From NCBI RefSeq assembly GCF_006345805.1, contig NW_021826921.1:1-11922 (forward strand): DNA of 11,922 nucleotides. The letters are read 5' to 3'. The notes below the pieces were generated by a model. That model was given only the letters and a program-made list of their open reading frames with translations. It was not told the DNA's origin and searched no databases. The position numbers and the translations under genes were made by a program. Positions 7,167-11,922 of this stretch are shown piece after piece (position 1 is the stretch's first letter; every line of letters begins with the position of its first letter). The stretch comes from Octopus sinensis. Its lineage: Eukaryota.

Positions 7167-7600
7167 TGAAGATAAAAAAATGTGTTACACTGAGTAATTT
7201 ATGTCTAAATAAAAAATGGGATGGTCATGGATGGAACGTCTTTGATCATAGCTCTACTGGAACACATCCATAAACATAAGCACCTCCCACCTTCACCAAT
7301 ACAAAGTTCTCCAACACCACCACCTTAACCAGATCCCCCATCACCGTCAACGCCACAACCTTAAGCACCTCCACCATGGCCACCACCACTGCCAAGACAT
7401 TACCACAGATACATATGGGAAATCAAAAGAACCGACATTTCCACAAGTTTACAGAAAACTGGCTATGAGGTGGGGGTGGAAGAAGGGGGGGGTCTGTAGG
7501 GAGGATGTGTGGAGGAGGAGGTGCGCGGGGTGGGGTGGGGTGTCAGATTGAGAGAAAGGGAGAAAGGTCAACCACCGACAGATATACACAAATATATGCC

Positions 7601-7602
<2 letters not shown>

Positions 7603-7634
<32 letters not shown>

Positions 7635-7744
7635 ATATGTGTGTGTGTGTACACGCATACATACAGACACACATACAAACATATACACAGATATAAACAT
7701 ACATACATACATAATTACATACATACATACATATACACATACAT
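7603..7744. repeat. (GT)n and (CATA)n microsatellite
   Basis: Read directly from the sequence. Confidence 0.95.
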
Positions 7745-8091
7745 ACTCTTTACTCTTTTACTCTTTTACTTGTTTCAGTCATTTGACTGCGGCCATGCTG
7801 GAGCACTGCCTTTAGTCGAGCAAATCGACCACGCTAAGTGACGAGGACGTAAACACACCAGCATCGGTTGTCAAGCAATCCTGGGGGACAAACACACACA
7901 CACACACATATATATATATACATATATACAACAGGCTTCTTTCAGTTTCCGTCTACCAAATCCACTCACAAGGCATTGGTCGGCCCGGGGCTATAGCAGA
8001 AGACACTTGCCCAAGATGCCACGCAGTGGGACTGAACCCGGAACCATGTGGTTGGTAAACAAGCTACTTACCACACAGCCACTCCTGCACC
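7745..8091 (-). mobile_element. tRNA-derived CORE-type SINE, intact head, ~56-nt internal deletion (copy A)
   Basis: Head GGTGCAGGAGTGGCTGTGTGG...GGTTCAGTCCC...CATCTTGGGCAAGTG. Reads GACC-AC-GCTAAG where the 731-960 copy has ~58 extra nt. Confidence 0.9.
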
Positions 8092-8199
8092 TATACATAT
8101 ATATATATATATACATACAAACATACATACATACTTATGTACATACATACAAACGTGTATGCATGTATACATCCATACATACATATCTATATATGTCTT

Positions 8200-8398
8200 T
8201 TGCCTGTTTCAGTCATTAGACTGCGGCCATGCTGGAGCACTGCCTTAGTCGAGCAAATCGACCACGCTAAGTGACGAGGACGTAAACACACCAGCATCGG
8301 TTGTCAAGCAATCCTGGGGGACAAAACACACACACACACATATATATATATATACATATATACGACAGGCTTCTTTCAGTTTCCTTCCACCAAATCCA
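8200..8398 (-). mobile_element. 3' half of the same SINE with the same deletion (copy B)
   Basis: Same GACCACGCTAAGTGACGAGG and GCAATCCTGGGGG diagnostics as copy A. Confidence 0.88.
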
Positions 8399-8404
8399 TT
8401 CTCA

Positions 8405-8658
8405 ATGGGAGGGGCACAAACACAGACACAAAGATATATGCATGCACACATATAATGTATGCCCACCTATGCACACACAGATATATATATATATTGTTAT
8501 ATACAAGCTTCTTTAGTTTCCCCTAAACACATCCACTCACAAGCCTTTGGTTGGCCTGAAGCTATAGAAGAAAACATTTGCCCTTGAAACACAGTGGGGC
8601 AGAGCCCAGAACCATGTAGTAAGGAAGCAAATTTCTTACACACACACAGATACTGGCA
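8405..8658 (-). mobile_element. Older, more diverged copy of the same SINE family (5' part)
   Basis: ATCCACTCACAAGCCTTTGGTTGGCCTGAAGCTATAGAAGAAAACATTTGCCC...CCCAGAACCATG aligns loosely with 1290-1380. Confidence 0.75.
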
Positions 8659-8716
8659 TATATATATATAATATATATATATATACATACAAACATACAT
8701 ACATATACACATACAT

Positions 8717-8855
8717 ACTCTTTACTCTTTTACTTGTTTCAGTCATTTGACTGCGGCCATGCTGGAGCACTGCCTTAGTCGAGCAAATCGACCACGCTAA
8801 GTGACGAGGACGTAAACACACCAGCATCGGTTGTCAAGCAATCCTGGGGGACAAA

Positions 8856-8894
<39 letters not shown>

Positions 8895-8930
8895 CAACAG
8901 GCTTCTTTCAGTTTCCTTCCACCAAATCCA
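8717..8930 (-). mobile_element. Third copy of the deletion-bearing SINE 3' half (copy C)
   Basis: Near-identical to copy B at an offset of ~530 nt. Confidence 0.88.
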
Positions 8931-8936
8931 TTCTCA

Positions 8937-9188
8937 ATGGGAGGGGCACAAACACAGACACAAAGATATATGCATGCACACATATAATGTATGCCCACCT
9001 ATGCACACACAGATATATATATATTGTTATATACAAGCTTCTTTAGTTTCCCCTAAACACATCCACTCACAAGCCTTTGGTTGGCCTGAAGCTATAGAAG
9101 AAAACATTTGCCCTTGAAACACAGTGGGGCAGAGCCCAGAACCATGTAGTAAGGAAGCAAATTTCTTACACACACACAGATACTGGCA
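8937..9188 (-). mobile_element. Duplicate of the diverged SINE at 8405-8658
   Basis: Essentially identical at an offset of 530-532 nt. Confidence 0.8.
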
Positions 9189-9200
9189 TATATATATATA

Positions 9201-9416
9201 AAGTTAATCCAAACAAGAAAGCACAAAAAAACACAACAACGCGAGGACGTAGAACAAATATAGTATTATTGGACGCTCAGGAAAGAAGGAAAGAAGGAGG
9301 GTTTAACGTTCCGAGCGGAGCTCTTCGTCGGAAACATAGGAGAGGGAAAGATCCAGAGAAGGGAAGACAGAGGAAAAAAAATCACCAACGGTACACACGG
9401 CGGTCACGTTTTGAAA
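9201..9416 (-). mobile_element. Second Penelope-like (pLTR-type) non-coding fragment in (TA)n
   Basis: (TA)n on both sides. The element strand reads pyrimidine tract, hammerhead-like motif, then TTCCTGAGCGTCCAATAATAC, the same layout as 996-1237. Confidence 0.6.
9301..9335 (-). ncRNA. Minimal type-I hammerhead-like motif with two core substitutions
   Basis: GTTT-CCGACGA-A-GAGC[TCC]GCTC-GGAA-CG-TT-AAAC: perfect stems I and II, AACGTT palindrome, and U4C and A13G relative to the canonical core. Confidence 0.55.
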
Positions 9417-9448
9417 TATATAATATGGATATATATATATATATATAT

Positions 9449-9495
<47 letters not shown>

Positions 9496-9507
9496 TATAT
9501 ATATATG

Positions 9508-9550
<43 letters not shown>

Positions 9551-9564
9551 TGATTGATTGATGA

Positions 9565-9628
<64 letters not shown>

Positions 9629-9688
9629 TAGATAGATAGACAGACATAGATAGATAGATAGATTGATAGAAAGATAGACAGACAGACA
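9417..9688. repeat. (TA)n followed by (GATA/GACA)n microsatellite
   Basis: Read directly from the sequence. Confidence 0.95.
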
Positions 9689-10026
9689 ATCAAATCAGCA
9701 TAATGAAGAATGGAGAATACTGCATCTTCAAAATCTATTTATTAAAGCATTTTCCTCATATTCCATTCCAACACATGTTTCTGCTGTAAATTTCAAGATT
9801 ATATTAAAGGAGACCAAGAAACTTGTCCAACAAAAACATGTGTCAGAATGTAATAGGAAAAAATATAATTCAATAAATCACTTTTGGAGATGTGGAATTC
9901 TTCATTCTTCATTATGGTGTCTTGGTTACTCTGTATCCTGTATGATATCCACTGAAGCAATCTCTGGGTTTCATCGGATTGCTCATCGGGTATCTGCTGC
10001 TTCGACTCCAAATCTCTATTCTTTTA

Positions 10027-10046
10027 CATCATCATCATCATCATCA

Positions 10047-10079
<33 letters not shown>

Positions 10080-10143
10080 TCATCATCATTATCATCATCA
10101 TCGTCATTATCATCGTCGTCATCATCATTATCATTGTCGTCAA

Positions 10144-10176
<33 letters not shown>

Positions 10177-10250
10177 CATCATCGTCATTGTCATCATCAT
10201 AATTATCATCATCATCATAATCATCATCATCATCATCGTCGTCATCATCG

Positions 10251-10282
<32 letters not shown>

Positions 10283-10888
10283 GTCGTTGTCATCATCATC
10301 ATCATCATCATCATTATCATCATCGTCGTCATCGTCGTCGTCGTTGTCGTTGTCATCATCATCATCATTTAACATCCGCTTTCCATGCTAGCATGGGTTG
10401 GACGATTATATCTGAGGTCTGGCGAAGCAGATGGCTGCACCAGACTCCAATCTTGATCTGGCAGAGTTTCTACAGCTGGATGCCCGTCCTAATGCTAACC
10501 ACTCCAAGAGTGTAGTGGGTGCTTTTTACGTGCCACCGGCACAAGGGCCAGTCAGGCAGTACTGGCAATGGCAACGCTCAAATGGTGCTTTTTATGTGTC
10601 ACCTGCACAGGAGCCAGACCAGCGGCACTGGCAATGACCTCACTTGAATGTTTTTTCACGTGCCACCACCACAAGTGCCAGTAAGGCGACGTAGGTAACG
10701 ATCACACTTGAATGGTGTTTTTTATATGCCGTCGGTATGGAGGCCAGCTTGTTATTCTGGCAAAGATCTCACTCGTATGGTACTCTTAGCGCTCCACTAG
10801 CACGGATGCCAGTCATCGAATTTGATTTCAATTTCACTTGCCTCAACAGGTCTTCGCAAGCAGAGTTTAGTGTCCAATGAAGGAAAGG
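10027..10888 (-). mobile_element. Non-coding retroposon with RTE-like 3' end and expanded (GAT)n tail (10027-10367)
   Basis: Element strand ends CGTCCAACCCATGCTAGCATGGAAAGCGGATGTTAAATGATGATG. Four internal ~65-nt repeats (GGTGCTTTTTACGTGCCACC-like at 10518, 10584, ~10646, 10714). Homologous to 11146-11737. The RTE relationship is from recall. Confidence 0.75.
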
Positions 10889-10911
10889 TACGCATATATA
10901 TATATATATAT

Positions 10912-11140
10912 AAGGCAAGCTGGCAGACACATTAGCGTGCCAGGCGAAATGTTTAGCGGTATTTCGTCTGTCGTTACGTTCTGAGTTCAAATTCCACCGA
11001 GGTCAACTTTGCCTTTCATCCTTTCGGGGTCGATAAATAAAGTACCAGTTTCACACTGGGGGCGATATAATCGACTCAATCCCTTCGTCTGTCCTTATTT
11101 GTCCCCTCTATGTTTAGCCCCTTCTGGGCAGTAAAGAAAT
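10912..11140 (+). mobile_element. Second tRNA-derived SINE family, apparently full length
   Basis: A-box-like TGGCAGACACATTAG, B-box-like GAGTTCAAATTCC, central GCCTTTCATCCTTTCGGGGTCGATAAATAAAGTACCAG, and an A/T-rich end. Confidence 0.8.
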
Positions 11141-11145
11141 ATATA

Positions 11146-11737
11146 TCATTATTATCATCATCATCGTTTAACGTCCGTTCTCCATGCTAGCATGGGTTGG
11201 ACGGTTCAACCAGGGATCTGCGAAGCCAGAAGGCTGCACCAGGCTCCAGTCTTATCTGGCAGTGTTTCTACAGTTGAATGCCCTTCCTAACACCAACCAC
11301 TCCGTGAGTGTAGTGGGTGCTTTTTATGTGCCACCAGCACAGGTGCCAGGCAGGGCTGGCAAGGCTGGTAACAGCCACGGTCGGATTGGTGCATTTACAT
11401 GCCACCAGCACGGAAGCCAGTCGAGGCGGCACTGGCATCAGCCACAATTCGGATGGTGCTTTTTACGTGCCACCAGCACGGAAGCCAGTCGAGGCAGCGC
11501 TGGCATCGGCCATGATTCAGATAGTACTTTTTACGTACCACCAGTCCAGGGGTCCTGGCATCTGCTGGGTGCCAATCATAGGATTGGTTCAATTTCAATT
11601 CCGATTTCGATTTCACTTGCCCCAACAGGTCTTCGCAAGCAGAGAAGGGGGGGTTGGCATGGGTGCCTGTCATCGGATGAGGTTCGATTTCGACTTTGCT
11701 TGCCTCAACAGGTCTTTGTGTGTCCAAGGGAGGAAAG
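11146..11737 (-). mobile_element. Second copy of the (GAT)n-tailed retroposon with a duplicated 5' segment
   Basis: TTTAACGTCCGTTCTCCATGCTAGCATGGGTTGGACG 3' end and four GTGCCACCAGCAC-type repeats. CTTGCC(C/T)CAACAGGTCTT occurs twice (~11617 and ~11698). Confidence 0.78.
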
Positions 11738-11770
11738 ACTATATATATTATATATATATATATATATATA

Positions 11771-11796
11771 CGCTAAATGATGATGATGATGATGAT
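11771..11796 (+). mobile_element. Ultra-short 3'-tail fragment of the (GAT)n-tailed family in (TA)n
   Basis: CGCTAAATGATGATGATGATGATGAT resembles the terminal CGTTAAA(T/C)GATGATG of the family and is embedded in (TA)n. Confidence 0.4.
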
Positions 11797-11922
11797 ATAT
11801 ATATGCCTAAGACTGTAGTAGGATGTGATTTGATTGAGATTTGGCTGCTATTTCTTTCAGGACTAGCTACCATCTAGAGATCTCCCTCATTGGATCATAC
11901 ATACATAAGACAGTGGGGTAAG

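Noticed and set aside
7472-7540. G-quadruplex-capable tract (six runs of at least 3 G)
   Set aside because: Real sequence potential, but such tracts are common and there is no functional context here.
9979-10515. Poly-Asp, poly-Ser, poly-His and poly-Met ORFs
   Set aside because: All are frames of the expanded (GAT)n/(CAT)n retroposon tail.
11184-11877. 110-198-aa ORFs in the GC-richer repeat
   Set aside because: They lie within a repeated non-coding element. The frames are not conserved between the two copies and show no RT or endonuclease motifs.

Overview
Eukaryotic, microsatellite-rich, repeat-dominated DNA with no confidently identifiable host CDS. I recognise the SINE families as octopus (coleoid cephalopod) types; this is recall, not a database match. 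Almost every ORF in the supplied track is a microsatellite or SINE artefact. The one recognisable coding remnant is the C-terminus of an L1/Tx1-type LINE ORF2 (2612-2914, minus), which sits between two (GATA)n tracts. Three observations stand out. (1) Four minimal type-I hammerhead-ribozyme-like motifs occur in three different repeat families, of the kind known from Penelope-like elements. Two of them lie in a ~540-bp head-to-head foldback element whose arms each start with a tRNA-like Pol III head (6380-6921). (2) A ~216-bp tandem array (5553-6380) has a branch point, pyrimidine tract, AG acceptor, ~85-nt core and GT donor in its units, plus a downstream inverted partial copy (7100-7166). (3) A mosaic SINE-seeded local triplication spans 7700-9200. 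All counts and alignments were done by eye.
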